DNA of 64,000 nucleotides from Vicinamibacterales bacterium (GTDB taxonomy: Bacteria; Acidobacteriota; Vicinamibacteria; Vicinamibacterales; UBA8438), in NCBI GenBank assembly GCA_965229825.1, contig CBDDJQ010000013.1, positions 1,293,883-1,357,882 of the forward strand, read 5' to 3'. Numbering within the stretch: the stretch's first letter is position 1; every line of letters begins with the position of its first letter. Made by a program: the position numbers and the translations under genes. Below the pieces are notes generated by a model. The model ran no database searches, was not told the DNA's origin, and saw only the letters and a program-made list of their open reading frames with translations. This document shows, in pieces, positions 18,442-27,703 of the stretch.

Positions 18442-19005
18442 CTACGGAACCGTGAAGACGCGGGCGGCGGTGAACGTCAGGTCGGGGAGCAGAACCGAGC
18501 GCACGGCGTCGTCTTCCGCGGCGGCCTGCGCGAGCCGGTAGGCGCCCTCTTCGAGGGCGTGCACCTCGAACTGTTCGCGGAAGGGGTCGACGATCCAGTA
18601 TTCCGGCACGCCGTAGCGCGCGAACATGCGCCTCTTGCGGCCCCGGTCGATGGCCGCGGTGGACGGGGACAGCACCTCGACGGCGATGTCCGGGGGATAT
18701 CGGGTCACCGCGTCGGGGTCGACGAGATGTCGCCGTTCCGCCCGAAAGAACACGACATCGGGCTGCGCGACGTCGAACTCGCCGAGCACGATGTCGAGCG
18801 GTGCGGCGAGCGCCATCCCGCCCGCGCCCCGCTGGTAGTCGTACAACAGCAGGAAGATCGCCTGGGCGGCCATCTGGTGGCGCGGCAGCGGGGAGGGGAC
18901 CACGACGAGGGCTCCTGCGTGGATCTCGTAGCGGCGCCCGTCTTCCGGCATGTGCAGGAGGTCGGTGTAGCCGATCCGCGGCTGCACGTGCTGCATGGGC
19001 GCCAT
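18442..19005 (-). CDS. Uma2-family (DUF820) putative restriction-like endonuclease
   Basis: 187 aa from MAPMQHVQPRIGYTDLLHMPEDGRRYEIHAGALVVVPSP. Catalytic-region pattern QPDVVFF ... PDIAVEVLSPSTAAIDRGRKRRMFARYGVPEYWIVDP. Confidence 0.8.
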   Translation of the reverse strand: MAPMQHVQPRIGYTDLLHMPEDGRRYEIHAGALVVVPSPLPRHQMAAQAIFLLLYDYQRGAGGMALAAPLDIVLGEFDVAQPDVVFFRAERRHLVDPDAVTRYPPDIAVEVLSPSTAAIDRGRKRRMFARYGVPEYWIVDPFREQFEVHALEEGAYRLAQAAAEDDAVRSVLLPDLTFTAARVFTVP

Positions 19006-19213
19006 CGTATCACCGCGTACAAGCCAGATTCGTGCCGCCTCACTGGCGTGCCGGACGACTGCGGGACGGGTTTGTGTGCGCAGTTGCTGCGAGTTGGAAG
19101 GCCCAGCGAGATCGGCAAATCCGCCAGGCACGGCACGCATGCGCATCACGCGCTGACGCCGTTGGGGCTCGCTGCCGCCCCCGGCCGGATTCCGTGTCGG
19201 AGAAGCCCGAAGA

Positions 19214-19816
19214 TCAGATCCGAGGTGTGGCCCGGATGACCTCCAGGGCGATACCGTCGGGGCAGTCGGCGGACTCGGTCAGGCGGCCCTCGACCACCAC
19301 CTCGTCTCCCGCGGCGAGCCCGTGCCCCTCGTCGGTCAGCACGTAGCGCTCCCCGCCCTCGCCGTCTTCTTGCAGCACGAGGCAGCCGCCCGCGTCGTCC
19401 GCGATCCGGCCCCGGCGCCGCAGGGTGCCGTCCGGTTCGGTGACGTGGAAGGAGGCGGACACTGCCAGCGGCCGGAAGTAGACGTCCACCAGGACGAAGA
19501 AATGGGTGCGGTCGGTCGTGGCCCAGGACGGTACCTCGATGACCGTCGACATCGTGCCGAACTCGTCGGTGACGAGCTGGGCGAGGACCTCGAAGCTGGA
19601 TCGGGTGGCGCCCAGGCCGAGGTAGATCGGGGTGACGGCCGGGAGGTTGGCCGTTTCCACCGTTATCGCGGTGCCCGCGGGACCGCTGCCGGGAGAAAAG
19701 ATCGGAGCCCGCGTGTGAAGAGGGTCCAGAGGCTGGTTCGGACGATTGCTCGGTGGGGGCTGCTGCATGGCTGCGAGGGTCGCTCCCAATGGCATCATCT
19801 TAGCACTCTGCGGCAA
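19214..19816 (-). CDS. hypothetical protein
   Basis: 200-aa ORF with ordinary composition. The C-terminal CLVLQEDGEGGERYVLTDEGHGLAAGDEVVVEGRLTESADCPDGIALEVI looks like a small beta-barrel domain. No confident family assignment, and the start is uncertain. Confidence 0.5.
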   Translation of the reverse strand: MPQSAKMMPLGATLAAMQQPPPSNRPNQPLDPLHTRAPIFSPGSGPAGTAITVETANLPAVTPIYLGLGATRSSFEVLAQLVTDEFGTMSTVIEVPSWATTDRTHFFVLVDVYFRPLAVSASFHVTEPDGTLRRRGRIADDAGGCLVLQEDGEGGERYVLTDEGHGLAAGDEVVVEGRLTESADCPDGIALEVIRATPRI

Positions 19817-19974
19817 GAGGCTGCCGCTGCGCCTCGCCCAGGCCTCGGTGCGGCGCGGGGTTCTGCCCGGGCTGCCGGCGCCCCTGGACGGGCGGATCCG
19901 GCGGGGAGGCGGAGATCCCGATGATCTGCTAAACTTGCCCGATTCAGGATTCTGGCGGTTCGAGGCGACCCATC

Positions 19975-22419
19975 ATGAGACTTCCTGCCGTCCCCGCCGT
20001 GGTTCTCGCCGCCGGGCTCGCCGTTGCCGGCGGAGCCGTGAACGCCGCCGCGCAGCAAGCGGCGCCGCGCGGGCCGGCTGCGGTTCCCGACCATGACGCG
20101 CTGACCGGCGTCATGGAGACCTACTGCCAGCGGTGTCACAACGATCGGATGCTGACCGGCAACTTCTCGCTGGACGGCTTCGACATCCGGAACGCGGGCA
20201 GCGATACCGAGTCGGCCATCCGCGCCGAGAAGATGATCCGCAAGCTGCGGGCGAACATGATGCCCCCGCCGGGGATGCGGCGCCCGCCCGCGGAGACCCT
20301 GACGGCCCTGGTCGAGACGCTGGAATCGGTGGTGGACGAAACGGCCGCCGCCGACCCGAATCCCGGGTACCGCACCTTCCAGCGCCTGAATCGCTACGAG
20401 TACGGGCGGGCCGTTCACGATCTGCTGGCGCTGGAGATAGACGCGGGCGACTACCTGCCGCTCGACACCATGAGCGCCAACTTCGACAACATCGCCGACG
20501 TCCAGATGCTGTCGGCGACGCTGCTCGACGGCTATCTCCGGGCCGCGGCCGAGATAAGCCAGCTCGCGGTCGGCAATCCGGATGCGGCTCCCAAGCAGAC
20601 GACCTACGCCAAGTCGCGCGCCTACTCCCAGTGGGAGCAGGTGGAGGGAGCCCCGTACGGCAGCCGCGGCGGGTTCTCGGTGGTGCACAACTTCCCGGCC
20701 GACGGGGAGTACATCTTCCGGATGGCGTTCCAGCACACGACGACCGGCGGCCTGTCCGGATCGACCATCCGGAACGAGCAGATCGAGATCTCGATCAACG
20801 GCGAGCCGGTGGCCCTGCTGGCGATGGACCAGTGGCTGCGGACCTCCGATCCCAACGGCGTAAATCTGGAAGTCGAAGCGCCGATCGTCGTGCGGGCGGG
20901 CCCCCAGCGCGTCTCGGCGGTGTTCGTCCGGCAGTTCGAGGGGCCGGTCGAAGACGTCTTGGCGCCGCATGAGTGGTCGATCGTCGACACCGAGATCGGC
21001 GACCTCGGGTACGGCATCACCGCCCTGCCGCACATGCGGGACTTCATCATCGACGGTCCCTACAACGTTACCGGCGTATCGGAAACCCCCAGCCGCCGGA
21101 AGATCTTCAGTTGCCGTCCGACCTCTCCCGACACCGAGCGCGCCTGCGCCGAGGAAATCGTCGCGCGTCTGGCCGCCCGGGCGTACCGCCGGCCGCTGGC
21201 CGAAGCCGATCTGGCGGATCTCATGGCGTTCTACGACGCGGGCCTCGCGGACCGCGACTGGGAGACCGGCATCCGCACCGCGCTTCAGGCGACCCTGGCC
21301 AGCCCCGACTTCCTCTTCCGGCTGGAGCGGCCGGCCGGCCCCGTCGAGCCGGGGGGGAACTACCGCGTTTCGGACGTGGCCCTGGCCTCGCGGCTGGCCT
21401 TCTTCCTGTGGGGCGCCCCGCCCGATCAGGTCCTGATGGCGCGGGCCGCGGCGGGGACGCTGTCGCAGCCGGAGGTGCTCGAGGCCGAGACGCGGCGCAT
21501 GCTGGCCGACCCGCGGGCGGAGTCGCTGGCCACCCGGTTCGCGGCGCTGTGGCTGCGGCTCCAGGACATGGACCAGGTGCAGCCGGACGCATTCTGGTTC
21601 CCGAACTTCGACCGGCAGCTCGCCGATGCGATGCGCCGCGAGACCGAGCTGCTGTTCGACAGCCTCGTTCGGGAGGACCGGAGCTTCTTCGACCTGTTCA
21701 CCGCCGACTACACCTTCGTGAACGAACGGCTGGCCCGTCACTACGGCATACCGAGCGTCGCGGGACCGCAGTTCCGGCGCGTCGAGTACACCGGCGAGCA
21801 GCGGCGGGGCCTGTTCGGCCACGGCTCGGTGCTCATGCTGACGTCGATGGCCAACCGGACCTCCCCGGTGCTGCGGGGCAAGTGGGTGCTGGAAGTCGTG
21901 CTCGGCACCCCGCCGCCGCCCCCGCCCCCGGCGGTTCCCGACCTCGACGAGACGGCGGCGATCATCGACGGCAGGGCCCTCACGACCCGCGAGCGGATGG
22001 AGATCCATCGGACCAACCCCACCTGCAACGCCTGTCACCGGTTCATGGACCCGCTGGGGCTGGCCCTCGACAACTTCGACGTCATCGGAAGGTGGCGTAT
22101 CCGCGAGAACGGCGTCCCCCTGGACACCCGCGGCGAGATGTGGGACGGGACGCCGGTTTCGAGTCCGCAGGAGCTGCGCGCGGCGCTGCTGGAGCTGCAG
22201 GTTCCGCTGGCCCGCACGTTCACCGAGAACCTCATGGCCTATGCCCTGGGCCGGCGGGTCGAGCACTACGACATGCCCACGATTCGACGCATCGCCCGGA
22301 CCGCCCGGGACAACGACTACCGCATGTCGTCGTTCATTCGGGGGATCGTCACGAGCCCCGCGTTCCAGATGCAGCGGGCGGAGCACCCTGGCGGCGAGGC
22401 GGGCGCAACCGTGCAGTAG
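19975..22419 (+). CDS. DUF1592/DUF1595/DUF1587/DUF1588/DUF1585-type protein with two CXXCH motifs (cassette 2, gene 1)
   Basis: 814 aa with signal peptide MRLPAVPAVVLAAGLAVAGGAVNAAAQ. CXXCH at CQRCHNDRMLTGNFSLDGF and CNACHRFMDPLGLALDNFDVIGRWR. LASRLAFFLWGAPPD, FAALWL, ADYTFVNERLARHYGI, GKWVLEVVLGTPPPPPPP. Confidence 0.85.
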   Translation: MRLPAVPAVVLAAGLAVAGGAVNAAAQQAAPRGPAAVPDHDALTGVMETYCQRCHNDRMLTGNFSLDGFDIRNAGSDTESAIRAEKMIRKLRANMMPPPGMRRPPAETLTALVETLESVVDETAAADPNPGYRTFQRLNRYEYGRAVHDLLALEIDAGDYLPLDTMSANFDNIADVQMLSATLLDGYLRAAAEISQLAVGNPDAAPKQTTYAKSRAYSQWEQVEGAPYGSRGGFSVVHNFPADGEYIFRMAFQHTTTGGLSGSTIRNEQIEISINGEPVALLAMDQWLRTSDPNGVNLEVEAPIVVRAGPQRVSAVFVRQFEGPVEDVLAPHEWSIVDTEIGDLGYGITALPHMRDFIIDGPYNVTGVSETPSRRKIFSCRPTSPDTERACAEEIVARLAARAYRRPLAEADLADLMAFYDAGLADRDWETGIRTALQATLASPDFLFRLERPAGPVEPGGNYRVSDVALASRLAFFLWGAPPDQVLMARAAAGTLSQPEVLEAETRRMLADPRAESLATRFAALWLRLQDMDQVQPDAFWFPNFDRQLADAMRRETELLFDSLVREDRSFFDLFTADYTFVNERLARHYGIPSVAGPQFRRVEYTGEQRRGLFGHGSVLMLTSMANRTSPVLRGKWVLEVVLGTPPPPPPPAVPDLDETAAIIDGRALTTRERMEIHRTNPTCNACHRFMDPLGLALDNFDVIGRWRIRENGVPLDTRGEMWDGTPVSSPQELRAALLELQVPLARTFTENLMAYALGRRVEHYDMPTIRRIARTARDNDYRMSSFIRGIVTSPAFQMQRAEHPGGEAGATVQ

Positions 22420-22476
22420 CAGCGAGCGTGGCGCGCGAGACAGGCGAACATTCAGGAGACAGGCTGGGAGACAGAC

Positions 22477-23862
22477 ATGTTCATCACCGGAAAGCACCTT
22501 CCTCGCCGGACGTTCCTCCGTGACGTGGGGACCGCGACGCTGGCCCTGCCGTTTCTCGACGCGATGCGTCCGGCGGGACGCGTCTCGGCAGCCACCGCCG
22601 CCGCGCTCGATCCGACCCGGCTGATCTGCATCGAGATGGTGCACGGGGCCGCCGGATCCAACGCCTGGGGGGGCACCGAGCATCTGTGGAGTCCGGCCGC
22701 GGCCGGCCGCGGCTTCGATTTGACCTCGAGTGCGCTGAGCTCGCTGGAACCGTATCGCGACGACCTGACCATCATCAGCAATACCGACGTCGGGATGGCG
22801 GAAGCGTTCGCGCCACCCGAGATCGGCGGCGACCACTTCCGCACCAGCTCGGTCTACCTGACCCAGTCTCATCCGAAGCAGACCCAGGGGTCGGACGTCT
22901 TCGCCGGGACCTCCCTGGATCAACTGCATGCCGGGCGGTTCGGACAGGACACGCCGATTCCGTCGATGCAGCTCTGCATCGAGAACGTCGACCAGGCCGG
23001 CGGCTGCGCCTACGGCTACACGTGCGTCTACACCGACTCGATCAGTTGGGCGTCGCCGACCGAGCCGCTGCCGGTGACCCGGTCGCCACGGGTCGCCTTC
23101 GAGCAGCTCTTCGGGGTCGGGGGCACCGCCGAGGAGCGCGCGGCGCGCCGGCGGACCGATGCGAGCATTCTCGACTGGATGACCTCGCGGGTATCCCAGT
23201 TGACGCGCGAGCTCGGGGCGACGGATCGTCGGCGGATGGAGCGCTATCTGGACAACATCCGCGAGATCGAACGGCGTATCCAGCGGGTCGAGGTCCGGAA
23301 CCTGAGCGGCGAGCCGCGGGAGCTGCCGGCCGCGCCGGCCGGGGTGCCCGATTCGTTCGACGAGCATGTGAAGCTGATGTTCGACGTGCAGGCTCTCGCC
23401 TTTGAGAGCGACGTGACCCGGGTGTTCTCGTTCAAGATGGGCCGCGATGCCTCGGGTCGGGTCTTTCCGCTGAGCGGAACCGACAAGCCGTTCCATTCGG
23501 CGTCTCACCACGGCGGCAACGAGGATGCGATTCTCGAGTTCAGCAAGATCAACCGCTACCACGTCAGCCTGCTGCCGTACCTGCTCGACAAGCTGAAGAG
23601 CACGGAGGAGGGCGACACTCATCTGCTGGACAAGAGCGTGGTCCTCTACGGCTCGGGGATGGGCGACCCGAACCTGCACAACCACAAGCGCTGTCCGCTG
23701 ATCGCTATCGGCCACGCCAACGGCCGGCTCCCGGGCGGGCTCCATGTGAAGGCGCCGGAGGGGACGCCGATGGCGAACGCGATGCTCAGCCTGCTGCATG
23801 CCCTCGGGCACGACCGGGCGAGCTTCGGCGACAGCACCGGCGAACTCGCGCTTAGCATCTGA
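22477..23862 (+). CDS. DUF1552 (HXXSHH) domain protein with Tat signal (cassette 2, gene 2)
   Basis: 461 aa. MFITGKHLPRRTFLRDVGTATLALPFLDAM, FHSASHH motif, GDSTGELALSI C-terminus parallel to the other two copies. Confidence 0.9.
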   Translation: MFITGKHLPRRTFLRDVGTATLALPFLDAMRPAGRVSAATAAALDPTRLICIEMVHGAAGSNAWGGTEHLWSPAAAGRGFDLTSSALSSLEPYRDDLTIISNTDVGMAEAFAPPEIGGDHFRTSSVYLTQSHPKQTQGSDVFAGTSLDQLHAGRFGQDTPIPSMQLCIENVDQAGGCAYGYTCVYTDSISWASPTEPLPVTRSPRVAFEQLFGVGGTAEERAARRRTDASILDWMTSRVSQLTRELGATDRRRMERYLDNIREIERRIQRVEVRNLSGEPRELPAAPAGVPDSFDEHVKLMFDVQALAFESDVTRVFSFKMGRDASGRVFPLSGTDKPFHSASHHGGNEDAILEFSKINRYHVSLLPYLLDKLKSTEEGDTHLLDKSVVLYGSGMGDPNLHNHKRCPLIAIGHANGRLPGGLHVKAPEGTPMANAMLSLLHALGHDRASFGDSTGELALSI

Positions 23863-23877
23863 CCGGGGGAGAGGGTC

Positions 23878-25674
23878 ATGAGACTGTCACTGCGCGCGAG
23901 CGCTGTCGTGATGATGCTGGCGGCATTGTGCGCCGCGCCGTCCCTGTGGTCCGTGGTCGTCGCGGCGGCCGATTCGCCGGTGGCGGATGCCGCGAGCCGC
24001 GGCGACGGGGAGGTCGTCCGAACCCTGCTCGAACGGGGCGCGGACGTGCAGACGGCTCGACCGGACGGCATGACCGCGCTGCACTGGGCGGCGATGCGGA
24101 GCGACCTCGAAATGGCCGAGATGCTCCTGTATGCCGGCGCGAACGTCGCGGCGACGACCCGCATCGGCCAGCACACGCCGTTGCACGTCGCGGGCCGGAG
24201 CGGTCAGGCGCCGGTGGTGCAGGCGCTGCTCGAGGCCGGCGCCGACCCGCACGCCGAGACCGCGAGCGGGGCGACCCCGCTCCATCTGGCCGCGCAGGCG
24301 GGGAATGCGGCGGCCGTCGCCGCCCTGCTCGATCACGGGGCCGACGTGAACGTCCCGGAGCGGACCTGGGGACAGACGCCGCTGATGTTCGCGGCGGCGT
24401 CCAACCGGCTCGGACCGGTGAACGTGCTGATGGAGCGCGGCGCGGATCTCGAGACCGCCACGAAGGTTGTCGATCTTCCCGCGCTCGACGCGATGGACCG
24501 GGCCGCGTTCGGGCGGCGGCGCGAGGTGCTGAACGGGTTCCGGGCGGCGGCGCCGCCCCACGAGCAGCAGGGATGGCGGCCCACCGCCAGTCAGGTCCAG
24601 ACCGCGGTCCGGGCGGCGCGGGAGGTGCAGGCCCTCGCCGACGTGCCGGCCAGCGAGGACGGAACGCAGTTGGAGCGCGGCACTCCGCGCGCCTACACCG
24701 AACGGGTCGGGGTGCAGGGCGGTCTGACGGCCTTGCTGCATGCGGCCCGCCAGGGGCATACGGAGGTCGCGATGGCCCTGCTCTATGCCGGGGTCGACAT
24801 CAATCGGGTGAGCGGGGATCATACGAGCCCGCTGCAGATCGCCACCATGAACGGCCACTTCGATCTGGCGTTGCGGCTGATCGAGCGCGGCGCCGATCCC
24901 AACATCGCCACCGACGCCGGAGCCACGCCGCTGTTCGCCTCGCTCAATCTGCAGTGGGCGCCGCGGGCGCGCTATCCGCAGCCCCGCGCGCACGATCAGC
25001 AGGAAGCCACCTACCTCGACGTCATGGCGGCCCTGCTCGAGGCGGGGGCGAATCCGAACGTGAGACTCGAGAAGCACCTGTGGTACATGTCCTACAACCA
25101 CTGCTGCTCGGAGAGTGTCGACGGGTCGACGCCGTTCTGGCGCGCCGCGTACGCAACCGACGTCGAAGCCATGAAGCTCCTTCGGGCCTATGGCGCGGAC
25201 CCCCACGTTCCGACCCGGGCGCCCGAGTTGCGCCGCCGGAACGGGGTCGCCGCCGAGGGGGAGCCGGATCCGTCCGGGTTGCCGCCGGTGGAGCCGGGCG
25301 GCCCCGGCGTGTGGCCGCTCCACGCCGCCTCGGGAGTCGGCTACGGAGAGGGCTTCGAATCGAACGCCCACCGGCACGTGGCTGACGGCTGGTTGCCCTC
25401 GGTGAAGTACCTGGTGGAACAGGTCGGTGTCGACGTCAACGCCAGAGACCACGAGGGCTATACCGCGGCCCATCACGCCGCGGCCCGTGGAGACACCGAG
25501 CTCGTGCGCTATCTCGTGGAGCAGGGCGCCGACGTGATGGTGGTCAGCCGACGCGGCCAGACCACCGCGGACATGGCGAACGGCCCGTATCAGCGAACGC
25601 TGCCGTTCCCCGAGACGCTGGCCCTTCTGGAGAGCCTCGGCGCCGTCAACAACGACAACTGCGTGTCCTGCTGA
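23878..25674 (+). CDS. ankyrin repeat protein with signal peptide (cassette 2, gene 3)
   Basis: 598 aa. RBS GGGGGAGAGGG upstream. Leader MRLSLRASAVVMMLAALCAAPSLWSVVVAAA. Many ANK repeats (TALHWAAMRSDLEMAEMLLYAGANV, TPLHVAGRSGQAPVVQALLEAGADP, TPLHLAAQAGNAAAVAALLDHGADV and others). Confidence 0.85.
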   Translation: MRLSLRASAVVMMLAALCAAPSLWSVVVAAADSPVADAASRGDGEVVRTLLERGADVQTARPDGMTALHWAAMRSDLEMAEMLLYAGANVAATTRIGQHTPLHVAGRSGQAPVVQALLEAGADPHAETASGATPLHLAAQAGNAAAVAALLDHGADVNVPERTWGQTPLMFAAASNRLGPVNVLMERGADLETATKVVDLPALDAMDRAAFGRRREVLNGFRAAAPPHEQQGWRPTASQVQTAVRAAREVQALADVPASEDGTQLERGTPRAYTERVGVQGGLTALLHAARQGHTEVAMALLYAGVDINRVSGDHTSPLQIATMNGHFDLALRLIERGADPNIATDAGATPLFASLNLQWAPRARYPQPRAHDQQEATYLDVMAALLEAGANPNVRLEKHLWYMSYNHCCSESVDGSTPFWRAAYATDVEAMKLLRAYGADPHVPTRAPELRRRNGVAAEGEPDPSGLPPVEPGGPGVWPLHAASGVGYGEGFESNAHRHVADGWLPSVKYLVEQVGVDVNARDHEGYTAAHHAAARGDTELVRYLVEQGADVMVVSRRGQTTADMANGPYQRTLPFPETLALLESLGAVNNDNCVSC

Positions 25675-25690
25675 ATGCCGGACCGCGGAT

Positions 25691-26722
25691 ATGCGAATCC
25701 CTATGGTTTCCCGGTTGGTCCTGCTGCTCGCGATCGTGCTGTGCGCCCCGGCTGCGCCGCTCCAGGCCCAGTCCGGCACGATGGACATCTACTGGATCGA
25801 CGTCGAGGGCGGGGGGGCCACCCTGGTCATCTCCCCGTCCGGCGAATCGATGCTCGTCGACACCGGCTGGCCGCGCCCGGAGGGCCGGGACGCGGAGCGC
25901 ATCGTGGCCGCGATGCAGGATGCCGGGCTCGAGAAGCTCGACTACATGTTGATCACGCACTTCCACACCGACCACGTCGGCAGCCTCGAGGCGCTGGCCG
26001 GGATGGTCGAGATCGATCACTTTCTCGACCACGGCGGCGAGACGGAGGAGCGGAACCAGCAGTGGCGCGACATCTACCTGGAGACCGCTGGCGACGCGCG
26101 GATGGTCGCCGGCGCCGGGGACACCCTGTCGATGGGAGACGTCGAGGTACGGATGATCTCCTCGAACATGGAGCTGATCGTCGAGCCCATCAACGACGGC
26201 GGGCCCAACCCGCACTGCGCCGCGGCCGAGAACCGGCCGCCCGCCTCGCCCGAGAACCAACGGACCCTGGGTGCGCTGTTCAGCTACGGCGGGTTCCGGT
26301 TCGTGGATCTGGGCGACCTCGACTGGGACATGGAGATGAAGCTGTCGTGCCCCGTCAACCGGCTGGGGACCGTCACCGTCTATCAGACGAGCCGCCACGG
26401 GGCGTTCGACGGGGCTGGAGCCCCCGCCCACCTGTGGGCCATCGAGCCGCAAGTGGTCGTCGTGAACAACGGCCCCAGCAAGGGCATCACCGCGCCGCAC
26501 ATGTACGACCGCATCGCCGACGTTCCCGGCGTCGAGGGCATCTGGCAGACGCACCTCGCCCTGGAAGCGGAGGGCCACAACACCGTCGACGACATGATCG
26601 CCAACTTCGAGGACACCGACGAGTGCCAGGGCCACTGGCTGAAGGCGTCGGTCGAGGCGGACGGCACGTTCACCATGACCAACGGCCGCAACGGCTACAG
26701 CCGGACCTACACCGCCCGCTGA
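25691..26722 (+). CDS. MBL-fold metallo-hydrolase (ComEC-type beta-lactamase-like domain), secreted
   Basis: 343 aa with signal peptide MRIPMVSRLVLLLAIVLCAPAAPLQAQ. MDIYWIDVEGGGATLVISPSGESMLVDTG and ITHFHTDHVGS motifs. Confidence 0.8.
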   Translation: MRIPMVSRLVLLLAIVLCAPAAPLQAQSGTMDIYWIDVEGGGATLVISPSGESMLVDTGWPRPEGRDAERIVAAMQDAGLEKLDYMLITHFHTDHVGSLEALAGMVEIDHFLDHGGETEERNQQWRDIYLETAGDARMVAGAGDTLSMGDVEVRMISSNMELIVEPINDGGPNPHCAAAENRPPASPENQRTLGALFSYGGFRFVDLGDLDWDMEMKLSCPVNRLGTVTVYQTSRHGAFDGAGAPAHLWAIEPQVVVVNNGPSKGITAPHMYDRIADVPGVEGIWQTHLALEAEGHNTVDDMIANFEDTDECQGHWLKASVEADGTFTMTNGRNGYSRTYTAR

Positions 26723-26792
26723 CGGTGGCGGCGGCTTCCCGTCGCCCCGGTCGTCCCCGCTCCGGATCTCGGAGAGCGGTCCCTCGCGTCCT

Positions 26793-27353
26793 TCAGGAAG
26801 CGTTTTCCGTCAGAATCCGTTTCCAGAAGTCGCGGCAGTGCGCGGGCAGATCGTCGATGTCGGCGGAGACCTCGGCGACGAGGGCATCGCGGTCCGGCCC
26901 GGCCAGCAACTGCACCACGTCCCAGGCGTCCTGGGCGCCCCCGGCGAACAGCTTGAGCGCGATGAGGTCCCGCGCCTGCACGGCGGGCACGCGTGATCCA
27001 TTGACGACCGCCGGCTCGGCGCGCTCGAGCATGCGCACCTGCCACCGATGACGGCCGACGACCAGGTCGACGGGGCGCTTCCCGGCTTCCTCGAAGCGGA
27101 CGACGCCGGCCAGCGGATCCGCCGCATCGCCGCGGTTCACCGACACGGCCACGCCGGCGCCCGCGAGCGGTGCCCACAGCTTCGCGTCGAGACTCTGGTC
27201 CGCGAGCGTCAGCAGATCGATGTCATGGGTCGAGCGGGCGACACCGTGGGCGGCCATCGCCGCGGCGCCGATCACCGCGTACCGCGCGCCGGCGCCATCG
27301 AGAATCGCGGCGACGCGATCGAGCAGGCTCACCCGATCAACCGGTCGAGGCAT
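26793..27353 (-). CDS. nucleotidyltransferase-fold protein (minimal NTase, MNT/AbiEii-like)
   Basis: 186 aa from MPRPVDRVSLLDRVAAILDGAGARYAVIGAAAMAAHGVARSTHDIDLL (G-x-x...D-x-D NTase pattern). An alternative GTG start at 27332 would give a GTGA overlap with the upstream stop. Confidence 0.6.
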   Translation of the reverse strand: MPRPVDRVSLLDRVAAILDGAGARYAVIGAAAMAAHGVARSTHDIDLLTLADQSLDAKLWAPLAGAGVAVSVNRGDAADPLAGVVRFEEAGKRPVDLVVGRHRWQVRMLERAEPAVVNGSRVPAVQARDLIALKLFAGGAQDAWDVVQLLAGPDRDALVAEVSADIDDLPAHCRDFWKRILTENAS

Positions 27354-27550
27354 GCGCTGGGCCGGCGGGTCGCCTGCCGCCGCCGTTCGAGCAGCCGCAT
27401 CGCGGTCCGCCGGTCGAGGCCGTGGGTGGCGCGGAACGACTCGATGGCCTCGTCGCCGAGGCGAAAGGCCAGTTCTACGCGCTCGGCTGTGGACATGCGC
27501 CGGATCTCGGCGCCGGTACGCGCGCGGAGGTCGGAGGCCACCGACTTCAT
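27329..27550 (-). CDS. small hypothetical protein, candidate partner of the nucleotidyltransferase
   Basis: 73 aa from MKSVASDLRARTGAEIRRMSTAERVELAFRLGDEAIESFRATHGLDRRTAMRLLERRRQ. The track ORF extends to a TTG at 27640. The 3-prime end overlaps the NTase gene start. Confidence 0.4.
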   Translation of the reverse strand: MKSVASDLRARTGAEIRRMSTAERVELAFRLGDEAIESFRATHGLDRRTAMRLLERRRQATRRPSACLDRLIG

Positions 27551-27703
27551 GATGCGAGTATACCGCCCCGCGAGCTGGTCTCTGACGTCGGGCGCCCGCC
27601 AGATGTATGCCTCGTGCGGCAACGCGATCCGGTTGGCCAAACCACGGTTTCCCGAGCCCCCGACGTGCGAGCCTGAGCGGTTCCCGGAAGCGGATTTGGC
27701 ACG

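Noticed and set aside
19795-23811. 1338-aa minus-strand ORF spanning cassette 2
   Set aside because: It is antisense to the well-supported DUF1592-type and DUF1552 genes, and its translation has spurious GC-frame composition (runs of R, G, P, A, V). The same reasoning applies to 33535-37275 (+), 39095-41758 (-), 41704-43398 (-), 43121-45100 (-), 57041-58945 (-) and 58825-61368 (-).
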